The position numbers and the translations under genes were made by a program. The notes beneath the pieces were generated by a model. The model did not search any database. It was not told where the DNA came from and saw only the letters and a list, made by a program, of their open reading frames with translations. DNA of 64,000 nucleotides from Deltaproteobacteria bacterium (GTDB lineage: Bacteria; Myxococcota; Kuafuiibacteriia; Kuafuiibacteriales; Kuafuiibacteriaceae): NCBI GenBank assembly GCA_011526105.1, contig WYAZ01000031.1:131796-195795 (forward strand), written 5' to 3'. Each line of letters opens with the position of its first letter. The stretch's first letter is position 1. Positions 49,301 through 58,852 of this stretch are shown here, in pieces.

Positions 49301-49723
49301 ATGTTGAAGCCCGCACTCACCGCCGCCGCCTTCCTGTCCCTCTTTCTCGCCGCCCCCGCCCAGGGCGCTGAGAAGGGCTCTGCCGCGTTCCGCGACTCGA
49401 GCAGTGCTCAGTTCGTCAAGCTGGGTGATGGGATCCAGGTCGTCGAGCACGTGCGACAGCCCGGCGAGGTAGCGGCGTCGTTTCAGCTCGAGCCGGCGCC
49501 GGTGCCGGAGGGGACCCACGTGGTCTTCGAGGTGCATTCCATCCGAGGCGCCGAACGTGTGCTCCGATGGCGCTGCGTGGCGGTCGAGGACCTCGCGGAG
49601 TGCTTCGTGCAGCCGCTCCTGATCGCGTTCAGGACGGGTGACCAAACCCTCCGACTCGAGGTTCAGCTCGTAGACCCCGTCGGCGGCGAGTTCGGTCCTC
49701 TGCAGCTCGCGCTGGCCCAGTGA
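49301..49723 (+). CDS. Small secreted hypothetical protein (start re-placed to ATG 49301 with GGAAGCGAGGAG Shine-Dalgarno-like sequence)
   Basis: Signal MLKPALTAAAFLSLFLAAPAQGA. Confidence 0.45.
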   Translation: MLKPALTAAAFLSLFLAAPAQGAEKGSAAFRDSSSAQFVKLGDGIQVVEHVRQPGEVAASFQLEPAPVPEGTHVVFEVHSIRGAERVLRWRCVAVEDLAECFVQPLLIAFRTGDQTLRLEVQLVDPVGGEFGPLQLALAQ

Positions 49724-49736
49724 CAGAAGGGACACC

Positions 49737-50174
49737 ATGAGCTTTTTCAAGAACGCAGCCTGCTGGCTCGGGTTGGTTGATCAAGGATGGGTGCGCGTCC
49801 GCGGGCCGGGCGTCGAGGCGGTCATCACCGGCGAGAAGGCCGAGGTGCAGCGCCTCATGTACGTGGTGCAGGAAGAGCTGATCCGAATCGTGAAGGAGGG
49901 AAGGGGACCACTCCGCACCAGGACGAGGAGATGCTCGAGCACGGTGATGCCGACGGAGTTCGACGAGCGAGATTCGCCAGACGTGCTGTCCGGTCGGGTT
50001 ACCGGGCCGCATCCGCGCTCCGCCTCTCGAGCGCGAAGGCTCGCAGCCCAGGCGCGATCGACGCGTGAGAACGGAGCACTTCGGTCCCTTGGGAAGTCGG
50101 TGAACGTGGTGACCGCAGATTCGGAGACGGAGCAGGTCCACCTCGGTGTGCTGCTCGAGATCACCGAGCAGTGA
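49737..50174 (+). pseudogene. Possible frameshifted small gene: first ~55 codons gene-like, then frame decays; continuation visible in +1 frame (49787..50068)
   Basis: Codon third-position GC bias is high for MSFFKNAACWLGLVDQGWVRVRGPGVEAVITGEKAEVQRLMYVVQEELIRIVKEG and then drops. Confidence 0.2.
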
Positions 50175-50180
50175 AGCGTG

Positions 50181-51446
50181 TCAGTCGCAAGCCTCGGGGG
50201 CCATGCCGTCGATCCAGGCGCGGATGAGTTCCACCGCAGGATCGTCACGGAGGCTTCGCCCGACCAGCGGCATGATCTCGCCCACCGTCTCTGAGGCCAT
50301 TCGGAAGTGCAAGATGGATTGCGCGGCGTTGCCGGGGACGATGTCGAAGCGCAGTCCGCCAGAGCCTGTTCCGGCCGAACCGGGTTCCTTGCACACGCCC
50401 AGACGAAACCGATCCGTCGTGTCGAAGCTCAAGAAGAGCTGCGAGGTCACGCCTTGGACGGAGTTTGGGTTGTGGCAATGCGCGCAGTTGATGTCGAGGT
50501 AGTCGCGGGCCGCGCGTTCGAGGCCGAGCTGATCGAGCCCCGTGGTTCCGGTGGTGGCGACCTCGCTGAAGTCGAAGGCTGGGTTGACATCACCGAGGTC
50601 CGGAAGGCCCTCGAGCCAGCCGAGACCGGCGAGATGTGTGAGTTGGTTGGCCGCCCCGCCCTCGTAGGGGAACGAACGATGCAGGTAGCGGGCCTTCGGA
50701 CCGAGCGGAGTCAGAAACGCGCCGCCCTCTGCGTTGAGCTGATCGTGGCAAGCGAAACACTGATTCCTCTGGGGGACCAGGTACTGAGCGGTCCTCGTCT
50801 GCCCACGCGGGTCGATGAAGGTGAGCGGCAAAACCGCGCCCCGCGCGAAGAAGTCTGCGTCCGAGCGGTCTTCACGCCACAGATACGGAAAGGCTCGCCA
50901 GCCGTCAGCGTACCGAATGAGCACGCGCGTCTCGAGAATGCGCACGTCCACCTCTGGGGTCCGGAGATCGGGGGCGATGGCAAACGACTTGACGATGGCG
51001 CTCCCCACCGGGAACTCGAAGCTGTCCGTGGGGTGGAACTGGATCTGACTCCCCGGCGGCAGGTAGATCGCACGCCACTTGAGGGCAAAGTCCGAGAACA
51101 GCGGCGTATTCAGGTCGTACGGAACGACGCCTTGGTTGTAGTCGGGCACACCGTTTCTCAGCCGGAAGAAGCGGAAGTCGGAGAGCAGGGGTGGTGGCTG
51201 CGGGTTGCTGATGTCGACCACCACCGGACCAAGCGGCGCATTCGCGTCCATCGGGGAGGCGTCGGCGGGGGCTGCATCCGTGACGCCGGCATCCGCATCA
51301 CTCGGCCTCGCGTCCATCGGGTCGGTCGCGCCGTCGCCCGGCGACACGTCGGCGGCGACGGCGGCGTCCGGACGCGAGTCCTCGCTCTCGCATGCGAGCG
51401 ATCCGAGGAGCGCGAGCCACAGGGCCATGATGATGAAGCGAGCCAT
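50181..51446 (-). CDS. Di-haem c-type cytochrome lipoprotein (two CxxCH: CFACHD, CAHCHN); start re-placed to ATG 51446 (MARFIIMALWLALLGSLAC lipobox)
   Basis: Lipobox, Asp/Ala-rich linker, two widely spaced CxxCH motifs; track N-terminus (His/Arg-rich) rejected; start overlaps stop of upstream gene as TGATG. Confidence 0.65.
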   Translation of the reverse strand: MARFIIMALWLALLGSLACESEDSRPDAAVAADVSPGDGATDPMDARPSDADAGVTDAAPADASPMDANAPLGPVVVDISNPQPPPLLSDFRFFRLRNGVPDYNQGVVPYDLNTPLFSDFALKWRAIYLPPGSQIQFHPTDSFEFPVGSAIVKSFAIAPDLRTPEVDVRILETRVLIRYADGWRAFPYLWREDRSDADFFARGAVLPLTFIDPRGQTRTAQYLVPQRNQCFACHDQLNAEGGAFLTPLGPKARYLHRSFPYEGGAANQLTHLAGLGWLEGLPDLGDVNPAFDFSEVATTGTTGLDQLGLERAARDYLDINCAHCHNPNSVQGVTSQLFLSFDTTDRFRLGVCKEPGSAGTGSGGLRFDIVPGNAAQSILHFRMASETVGEIMPLVGRSLRDDPAVELIRAWIDGMAPEACD

Positions 51447-53032
51447 CAGAATGGGAGCACCAGGTCCGCAATGGGGCCGTTCGTGAAGCCCGAGCAATCG
51501 AAGGGCGTAAACGGAGGGCCGGGCCGGAAGATGTCCGCGGTGGTCGGGAAGACCGACGGTGTTCCCTGCAGCATGTCCGCGAGCTTCGGCAGATCGAGCA
51601 CGGCAAAGGTGGCGCCGGTGTTCGAGCCCACGCAGATGTGGTTGTTGTTGGTGTTGCCTGCGGCCGTGGTGCCCGGCACCACCGTCTCCCCGATGCCGTC
51701 GTAGAGGTACGTGTCCACGGGGCGCTCGTCGGTGGGGAAGGTGTACAAGAACGAGATCAGCGCGCCGATCTCGCGCGCCACCGGGTCGAGCCCATCGGGG
51801 CTGGTGCCACTGCCGCTGTGGGTGTTGCCGTGGATCCATATCTCCTCGGTCCTGAAGTTGAACACCGCCGTCTCGTTGGTGAGGAGTCCCAGACCTGCGG
51901 TGGAGCCCACCACCTGATCGAGCGGAATGGCCCAGGCCCCCGTGGAGCTCGACACGGCGAGACCCGAGATCATCGCGATGTCCATGGTGTTGTTGTTCTC
52001 GTAGGTGTTGTCCGTGATCTCGACGCGCCTGGAGGCGAGGGCAAATGTTCCGGTGCCTGCGGGGATGGCGCTGACGGTGGTGCCGCTGGCGGCGAAGTTG
52101 GGTCGGTTGTTTTCGCGAACGATGTTGTCGTGGATCTTGATGTCGCGGCCCACGATCGGGTTGCCCGGCAGATCGAAGACCAGGAGGCCGCCCGTGTTGT
52201 CCTCGGCCAAGTTCTCGTACACGTCCGCGAACTGAGTGTTCTCGATCTCGATGCCCGCGACGTTTCTGCGCGCGATGTTTCGCCGCACGACAGCGTTGAT
52301 GCTCTGCCCGACATAGATGCCGGCATCACTCGCGTCGTACGCCTCGGAGTCTTCGAGGAGCACGTTGGTGCAGCGCACCGGGTAGATGCCGTACGCGCCG
52401 TTGGTCGACAGAGGTCCTCCGGACCACGTCACCTTGAGGAAGCGCACGATGACGTTGGTGCTGGTCTCGATCCGCAGGCCATCTTTCTTGGAGTCTGTGA
52501 TGGTCAAGTGACTGATCGTGAAGTTGTCACCGACCACATCGACGCCGTTGGCCTGCGCGGTCTGGCTCGAAAAATCGAGGATGGTCTCGTCGATGCCTTG
52601 GCCGGTGAGTGTCACCCCGCTCGCCCCTCGGATCGTGAGCGCGTTGTCGAGCGCGAAGCGGCCGTTTGCGAGGACGAGCGTGGTGGGTGCGGAGAGGCCG
52701 TTGACGGCGTCGAGCAGATCGCCGACCTCGGAGGGGAGGAACTCCAGACACGCGCCCGAGACTTCGGCGCAAGAGAACCGCGAGAACGGATCCGGCGGGA
52801 CGCCGGTGTCCGAAGGGCCCGCATCGTCTGCGGCGGCGTCTGACCCTCCGGTATCCGTCGCTCCAGCATCGACTCGGACGCCCGAGTCGATGCTCCCGGC
52901 GTCCGAGCGTGGTCCCGAGTCCCTCGCTGCGGCGTCGTCCGGAGTGCCGGCATCTTCGGTCGGCGTGTCATCCCCGCAGGCGGCAAGGGCCAGGGCCAAA
53001 GGGAGCAGGCAGCATAGGACGCGGCGTGTCAT
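51446..53032 (-). CDS. Right-handed parallel beta-helix repeat lipoprotein (NosD/pectin-lyase-fold-like); start re-placed to ATG 53032 (MTRRVLCCLLPLALALAACG)
   Basis: Lipobox, Asp/Ala-rich linker, repeated ~22-aa strands with N/D-x-I/V motifs (…NVLLEDSEAYDASDAGIYVGQSINAVVRRNIARRNVAGIEIENTQFADVYENLAEDNTGGLLVF…). Confidence 0.65.
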   Translation of the reverse strand: MTRRVLCCLLPLALALAACGDDTPTEDAGTPDDAAARDSGPRSDAGSIDSGVRVDAGATDTGGSDAAADDAGPSDTGVPPDPFSRFSCAEVSGACLEFLPSEVGDLLDAVNGLSAPTTLVLANGRFALDNALTIRGASGVTLTGQGIDETILDFSSQTAQANGVDVVGDNFTISHLTITDSKKDGLRIETSTNVIVRFLKVTWSGGPLSTNGAYGIYPVRCTNVLLEDSEAYDASDAGIYVGQSINAVVRRNIARRNVAGIEIENTQFADVYENLAEDNTGGLLVFDLPGNPIVGRDIKIHDNIVRENNRPNFAASGTTVSAIPAGTGTFALASRRVEITDNTYENNNTMDIAMISGLAVSSSTGAWAIPLDQVVGSTAGLGLLTNETAVFNFRTEEIWIHGNTHSGSGTSPDGLDPVAREIGALISFLYTFPTDERPVDTYLYDGIGETVVPGTTAAGNTNNNHICVGSNTGATFAVLDLPKLADMLQGTPSVFPTTADIFRPGPPFTPFDCSGFTNGPIADLVLPF

Positions 53033-53201
53033 CGGCCGACGTTTTTGCACGTTGGGTTCAATCATGGAAGGCCTGAGCCCCGGTGCAGTCCCTCGCGGCG
53101 GGTTTCCGTCGATATCTCAGGCAGTTCCGCCGAGCATCCGATGCGATATCCGGCCCGGCTCAATACGGTCACGCGCGGACGGGAAGGATGTGCAGCTTGT
53201 G

Positions 53202-55499
53202 ATGAGATTCCCACCGGGCCTTGGCGCCCTCTTGTTCGTTTCCTCGACCCTCCTCGGGTGCGGTGGTGAATCACCCACCGTGAGCCTCGTGGCGACGCCC
53301 AGTTCCGGCGTCGCTCCCCTCACCACCAGGCTCGACGCGAGTGGCAGCCGCGAACCCGAAGGGCGTGCGCTCGTATTCCGCTTCGACCTCGACGGGGACG
53401 GCACCTTCGAGACCGATTTCTCGAGCGAGCCCACCTACGAAGGCACGATCGCCGAGTCGGGCTCCTACCGCGCGCGTGTCGAAGTCCGGGTGGCGGAGGT
53501 CGCGGACGGGGATGTGGCGGCCTCCGAGGCCGCGATCGAGGTGAAAGCCAACCAGGCGCCCGTGGCTCGGCTCAGCCTCACGCCGCTCGAGGGAAAGAGT
53601 CCGCTCCTCGTGCGCCTCGACGCGAGCGCGAGCTCCGACCCGGACGAGGGGCCGGAGACGCTCACCTTCCGCTTCGACGTCGACGGAGACGGGGATTTTG
53701 ACACGGAAGCCGCCTCCACGGCCGCGATGGAGAACACCTATCGGAGCCCGGGGCGCTTCTCGGCGATGGTCGAGGTCCGAGACCGGCAGGGGCTGGTTTC
53801 AGTGGCCAGCGTGGATGGGCCGAACGTACTCGCCTCGGCGGACATCGCGGTCGACTCCAATCGAGACGGTCAAATCGACCAGGGCGACGAACTCGATGAG
53901 GAGACCTGGTCCCGCGATCGGGGCGCGGTGTTCTTGGCGAACCTGGACGATGATGACGGCGATGGCGAGCGGGATGGCCGAGAGGAAGTCTACACCGCCG
54001 GTAGCGACGCCCTCGATCTGACCCCGGTCCTCGTGCGCCAGAACGACCAGCTCTCGGACAACGCACGGGTCACGCTGACGGTGTCGCCGGCCGAAGGGGC
54101 CGCCTCGGTGCGCATCTTCATCGAAGATCCGGACGGGAGTCATCGCGTGCTGCTCGCGCCGAACGCCGCCTCCGCGGAGATCTCGGCCGCGCTTCTGCGC
54201 CAGGCCGACGCCAAGCTCTGGCTCGAGGGTTTGAGAACCCGCGTGCTCGGATGGGATGGTCACGTGACGCTCACGCTTCGTGTGGAGGATGGGGCGGAGG
54301 TCGATGAGGACGTCGTGGCGCTGCGGGTGTCGCCCGTCATCTTCCAGGACAACATCCTCGAGCCCTATCGGCTGTACCTGATGCGCATTTCGGACAACCG
54401 CCTCGGCCAGAATCTGCCGTTTTACAACGCGGTTCGCGACAACCTGCCGGAGACCATCGAGCTGTACGACGTCGATCAGTATCGATACGAGGCCGACCGC
54501 TGGGTGCAAGACACCATGCAGACCGGCTATCAGTCGATGCCTGGGCCGAACGGCACCCACCAGATGCAGACCTATCTGGCGACCGAGCGCCTCGAGTTCG
54601 GCAGCTCGCTTCAGACCTTGATCCCGCAGGAGCTGCTGAGGCCGGACCTCGGCTACTTCTACCCTGGGCGTTCGGTGGCCAGCTCGCTCAACTACGGAGG
54701 CAACCTCGAGGTGGCGCCGCCGCACTCGGCCGACGGCGTCGACTACCCCTTCGGCCGGATCGTCGTCGGTGGGGGCCGTCAGGGCACATTGATGGGCGTG
54801 CCCTACTCGGACGGGATGGGCGAGACGCAGCGCGCTTGGCTCGACGCGCAGGAGGTTCAGGGGCCTTCGCTTCAGTACTCCACCGAGTGGCTCGCGGTCG
54901 GCCACGTCGACGAGATCTTCCTGTTCGTCCCCAACCGCGCTGCGGCCGAGGGCGAGCGCGCCTGGAAGCTCATGATCGCTTCTCCAGATCTCGCGCGTCT
55001 CGCGCTCTCCCGACTGGTGGAGCAGGGCCAAGGTGACCTACCGGTCTTCTTGGGGCGCGAGACCCAGGCCACGGTCGCGGCCATCCTCAACGACCCCGGG
55101 CTCACGGAGTTCAACCGCCGGGCTCAGATCAGGATCGACGGCATCCGGGACGGGCTGGCCCAGGCGCTGGGGCTCACGGACCAAGACATCATCGAAGTGC
55201 CGGTCATGTACGAGTACTACGACTTCGACGGCTACGATCTGGCCGCCGCCTACAACCCGGGCATCCAGAACCTCATGGTCGCGGGCTCCACCCTCTTTAT
55301 CCCCGACCCGGAGGGTCCCGAGGTCGAGGGCGTGGACGTCTGGAAGCGAATGACTCGGGAGGTCACGGAGCCGCTGGGGGTGACCTCCATCTTCGTCGAC
55401 ATCTTCGAGAGTTATCACTTGAACCTGGGCGAAGCGCACTGCGGCACCGAGTTCGATACCGCCCCGTTTCCGACGCACTGGTGGGAGGTGGCCCAATGA
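53202..55499 (+). CDS. Secreted lipoprotein: 2x PKD domain + protein-arginine deiminase (PAD) middle and catalytic domains; start re-placed to ATG 53202 (MRFPPGLGALLFVSSTLLGCGG)
   Basis: C-terminal region aligns motif-for-motif with vertebrate PAD catalytic domain: NLEVAPP, WLAVGHVDEIFLFVP, LMIASP, LGEAHCGTEFD (nucleophilic Cys), terminal WWEV. Confidence 0.75.
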   Translation: MRFPPGLGALLFVSSTLLGCGGESPTVSLVATPSSGVAPLTTRLDASGSREPEGRALVFRFDLDGDGTFETDFSSEPTYEGTIAESGSYRARVEVRVAEVADGDVAASEAAIEVKANQAPVARLSLTPLEGKSPLLVRLDASASSDPDEGPETLTFRFDVDGDGDFDTEAASTAAMENTYRSPGRFSAMVEVRDRQGLVSVASVDGPNVLASADIAVDSNRDGQIDQGDELDEETWSRDRGAVFLANLDDDDGDGERDGREEVYTAGSDALDLTPVLVRQNDQLSDNARVTLTVSPAEGAASVRIFIEDPDGSHRVLLAPNAASAEISAALLRQADAKLWLEGLRTRVLGWDGHVTLTLRVEDGAEVDEDVVALRVSPVIFQDNILEPYRLYLMRISDNRLGQNLPFYNAVRDNLPETIELYDVDQYRYEADRWVQDTMQTGYQSMPGPNGTHQMQTYLATERLEFGSSLQTLIPQELLRPDLGYFYPGRSVASSLNYGGNLEVAPPHSADGVDYPFGRIVVGGGRQGTLMGVPYSDGMGETQRAWLDAQEVQGPSLQYSTEWLAVGHVDEIFLFVPNRAAAEGERAWKLMIASPDLARLALSRLVEQGQGDLPVFLGRETQATVAAILNDPGLTEFNRRAQIRIDGIRDGLAQALGLTDQDIIEVPVMYEYYDFDGYDLAAAYNPGIQNLMVAGSTLFIPDPEGPEVEGVDVWKRMTREVTEPLGVTSIFVDIFESYHLNLGEAHCGTEFDTAPFPTHWWEVAQ

Positions 55500-56587
55500 A
55501 CCGCATGACGACTCTGCTGATGGGTGCCTCGATGCTGCTCGCCTCTGCGGCGTTCGGCGCGAAGGACCCTGACTGGGCTCAGCGCCTCGGCGCCGCCCAT
55601 GGGGCGGCCTACCTCGAGGCGCGTGAGGCGTTGCTCGAGCTCGACGTGGCCGAGCGAGCACGTCTCGCGCGCGAGGCGCTCGAGATGGGGGCCGATCGGT
55701 TCGAGGCCGCGGGGCTCCTCCTGGGCGCGCTGGCGTGGCCGGAGCTCGGGGCGTCGTGCCGGTCGCGGGTGTACGACCTCCGAGGTCTAGATGCCGAGCG
55801 CGCTCGCTTTCGGCGCCGCCAGGGCCCGGAGGCCGCGAGCCATCTGCGTTCGGCGGTTCGGAGCGGTTGTGCCGCCCTGGTCCTCGAGCTGGCGCTGCGA
55901 CCCGAGTTGTACGAGCTCGAGGTCTCTCGCTCTTTGGCGCCGGAGCAGCGCGACGCACTGGATCGCGGCCTGGTGATCGCCCTCGGAGGCGCGCAGGGTG
56001 CGCCGGTGCTCGGCTATCTAGCATCGCGCGCCGACGACCCCAGCCTCGCCCCCATGCTGCGTCGGCGAGCGCTCGAAGCGCTTGGGCGCGTGGGCGGGGC
56101 GCTCGTGACCGTTCGACTGCGCGCCGTGGCCGATGACCCCCGCGGGCTCCCTCAGCTTCGGGCGGGGGCCTTGGTTGGCCTCGGGCTCGGCGGTGACGCC
56201 GCCGCCCGGCCGAGCCTGAGCGTGGCGCTTCGCCACAAAGACCCGACGATCGCTTCGGCCGCTCTGGTGGGCCTGTCAGCGCTGGCCGCAGCTCAGAACC
56301 CGCAAGCCTCCGATGGTCTTCGGCGCCAGGTGAGCGCCGAGCTCGTGGCTCGCCTGGCGGAGGTCGATGAGGCCATGAGCCCGGCGGTGGTGGACGCGCT
56401 GGCCTACGTGGCCCATCCTTCGGCCCTCGAGGACCTTCGGCGACTTCGGGTGGAGAGCCTGGCCCCCCGCTTTGATGTCGCCGAACGGCGGCTCCTGCGG
56501 GCCGGGCAGCGTGCGGGGGGCGTCATGGCGGGTGGGCCGGAGGTGCCGGCGACCAGCCCCAAGCGCCCTGAAGCGGCGCCCCGCTGA
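55496..56587 (+). CDS. Secreted HEAT/ARM-like repeat protein (start re-placed to ATG 55496, overlapping PAD stop as ATGA)
   Basis: Signal MNRMTTLLMGASMLLASAAFGA; Ala/Leu-rich helical repeats (…DPRGLPQLRAGALVGLGLGGDAAARPSLSVALRHKDPTIASAALVGLSALAA…). Confidence 0.5.
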   Translation: MNRMTTLLMGASMLLASAAFGAKDPDWAQRLGAAHGAAYLEAREALLELDVAERARLAREALEMGADRFEAAGLLLGALAWPELGASCRSRVYDLRGLDAERARFRRRQGPEAASHLRSAVRSGCAALVLELALRPELYELEVSRSLAPEQRDALDRGLVIALGGAQGAPVLGYLASRADDPSLAPMLRRRALEALGRVGGALVTVRLRAVADDPRGLPQLRAGALVGLGLGGDAAARPSLSVALRHKDPTIASAALVGLSALAAAQNPQASDGLRRQVSAELVARLAEVDEAMSPAVVDALAYVAHPSALEDLRRLRVESLAPRFDVAERRLLRAGQRAGGVMAGGPEVPATSPKRPEAAPR

Positions 56588-56591
56588 TCGA

Positions 56592-57203
56592 TTACTCGCC
56601 GTCGTCGGTGGCGGACTCTTCCGCGGGGTCCTTGGTCTCGGCCTGGCGGGCGGCCTCCTCGGCGCGGCGTTTTGCCTCAGTCTCGGAGCGGGCTTTCAGG
56701 GCGACGAGGCCCCGTTCGAAGTCGGGCCCGATGGCCTGATCGAGATCCACGAACAGAGACATGGCCTTGCCGAGAAACCGGTGCTCGCCGGTGAGGGTCC
56801 AGGTGACGTAGACCCCATCCCCTTCCTTCTCGATGGTGAAGCCGGGGTTGCTGACGGAAGCCCAGGGCTCCTCGAACTCCAGGCGGTAGCTGACCTCTGC
56901 CGGTGGCCGGCTTTCGATGATGGTCATCTTCCCCCTGCCCACGTCGCTGTTTCCCGACCAGGCGTAGCTGGCGCCCACGCCGGACGAGGGGCCCACGAAG
57001 GTCTTCTTCATGGCTGGGTCCAGGCTGTCCCAAGGCGACCACTCTACCCACTCGCCGAGGTTGTTCACCATGCCGAAGACGACCTCGGCCGGCGCGGCAA
57101 TGGTGGTGGAACGGCTCACGGAATACGTGGACTCACGCGTCGAGATGAACGCGAGGATCGCGAGCGCGGCGACGAAAACGGCTAGAACGACTCTCTTCAG
57201 CAT
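56592..57203 (-). CDS. SRPBCC-superfamily (polyketide-cyclase/START-like) protein with N-terminal TM anchor; start re-placed to ATG 57203
   Basis: MLKRVVLAVFVAALAILAF anchor, then ~150-aa START/Bet v1-like core; acidic C-terminal tail. Confidence 0.5.
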   Translation of the reverse strand: MLKRVVLAVFVAALAILAFISTRESTYSVSRSTTIAAPAEVVFGMVNNLGEWVEWSPWDSLDPAMKKTFVGPSSGVGASYAWSGNSDVGRGKMTIIESRPPAEVSYRLEFEEPWASVSNPGFTIEKEGDGVYVTWTLTGEHRFLGKAMSLFVDLDQAIGPDFERGLVALKARSETEAKRRAEEAARQAETKDPAEESATDDGE

Positions 57204-57532
57204 GGAGGGGGCCTCCTCGCCCGGGTACCCCGCGACTCCGCAATTGGCAAACACGCCGGGCAGATTATTTCGATCCGAATGACCGGGTGTGAGATCGATC
57301 GGCTTGACTGCTTGGGCCGCCGCTTTCACGATGCCGCTTCGTAGCCCTTGCTCCTCTATGAAGAATCAGGCGCGTCAGCCCTCCTCGCTCACCTTCCCGC
57401 TCGGCACGATCGGCATTCCATCGCCTCGCTGCACTCGAGTCGATCCTCGTTGATCGACCGCTGCTGCGATCTCCCTCTCGTCCTCTCTCTCTCACACCGC
57501 GCCCCTTCATAGAACGGGCATTAGGAGCTCCG

Positions 57533-58852
57533 ATGGATCCTTCATCCATGGAATCAGTCAACCCCGAAGAACCTCCCGCGCGACGCGTCTCGAAGGCCGT
57601 TGTGCCTCCGCTCCCGTCCGGTGCGGACGATGAGCCCCCCGCGAGTCCGGCCCTCATGGCCGCCTTCGCGGAGCGGAGGACACCTTTCGAGATCTCCGCC
57701 CGCCGTATTCCGCGCATCAGCCCCGAGGCACGTCTGTACCGTCGCTTGCATCATCCGGGGGTGACCGACGCCGAGTGGAACGACTGGCACTGGCAAGCCA
57801 AGCACCGCCTGAGAAGCCTCGACCAGATCGAGCGCACCATCACGCTCACCGAAGACGAGCGCGAGGCGATCCAGAAGGGTGGTTCGATGCTGCCCATCGG
57901 CATCACGCCTTACTACATGAGCCTCATCCATCGCACGGATGCGCGGCAGGGCTTGCGGCGTACGGTCGTTCCGAGCCTGCAGGAGTTCGTTCGCATGCCG
58001 GGCGAGGCCGACGATCCGCTGGGCGAGGATGCTCACAGCCCGGTGCCGGGGATCGTCCATCGCTACCCCGACCGCATCCTGTTTCTCGCGCTGGACTACT
58101 GCTCCACTTACTGCCGCTACTGCACGCGATCACGCGTCGTCGGCGCCGGCGAGATCACAGCCAGTCCGGCGCGGCTCGAGATGGCCTTCGACTACATCCA
58201 GCGCACCCCCACGATCCGGGACGTGCTCGTCTCGGGCGGTGACCCTTTGTCGCTCAAGGACGAGAAGCTCGACTACATCCTGGGGCGGCTCAGGCAGATT
58301 CCGCACATCGAGTTCGTGCGCGTCGGCACCAAGATGCCGGCGGTGTTGCCTCAGCGCATCACGCCAGCGCTCGTGAAGATGCTGCGCAAGCACCACCCGG
58401 TGTGGATGAGCATCCACTTCACCCACCCGGACGAGTGCACGCCGGAGGCGTTTCGTGCGTGCGCGCGTCTCGCCGACGCCGGCATTCCGCTCGGCGCTCA
58501 GATCGTGCTCCTCAAGGGCGTGAACGACGACGTCGAAGTCATGAAGAGCCTGATGCATCGGCTCCTCATGATGCGAGTTCGGCCGTACTACTTGTATCAG
58601 TGCGATCCGATCTCGGGCTCCTCGCACTTCCGAACCTCGGTCGAGAAGGGCCTCGAGATCATCCGAGGTCTCCGCGGTCACACGACGGGCTACGCTTGCC
58701 CGACCTTCGTCATCGACGCCCCGGGCGGCGGTGGCAAGATCCCGCTGATGCCTGAGTACGTGGTTGGTCGCGAGGGCGACGATCTCCTGCTCCGCAACTT
58801 CGAAGGCAAGATCTACCGCTATTCGGATCCGCAGCCGGCTGGGAGTGCCTGA
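57533..58852 (+). CDS. kamA: Lysine 2,3-aminomutase family radical-SAM enzyme (KamA-like)
   Basis: 439 aa; CSTYCRYCTRS radical-SAM cluster motif in KamA context (…LALDYCSTYCRYCTR…), PLP-binding region, C-terminal KamA-specific extension. Confidence 0.8.
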   Translation: MDPSSMESVNPEEPPARRVSKAVVPPLPSGADDEPPASPALMAAFAERRTPFEISARRIPRISPEARLYRRLHHPGVTDAEWNDWHWQAKHRLRSLDQIERTITLTEDEREAIQKGGSMLPIGITPYYMSLIHRTDARQGLRRTVVPSLQEFVRMPGEADDPLGEDAHSPVPGIVHRYPDRILFLALDYCSTYCRYCTRSRVVGAGEITASPARLEMAFDYIQRTPTIRDVLVSGGDPLSLKDEKLDYILGRLRQIPHIEFVRVGTKMPAVLPQRITPALVKMLRKHHPVWMSIHFTHPDECTPEAFRACARLADAGIPLGAQIVLLKGVNDDVEVMKSLMHRLLMMRVRPYYLYQCDPISGSSHFRTSVEKGLEIIRGLRGHTTGYACPTFVIDAPGGGGKIPLMPEYVVGREGDDLLLRNFEGKIYRYSDPQPAGSA

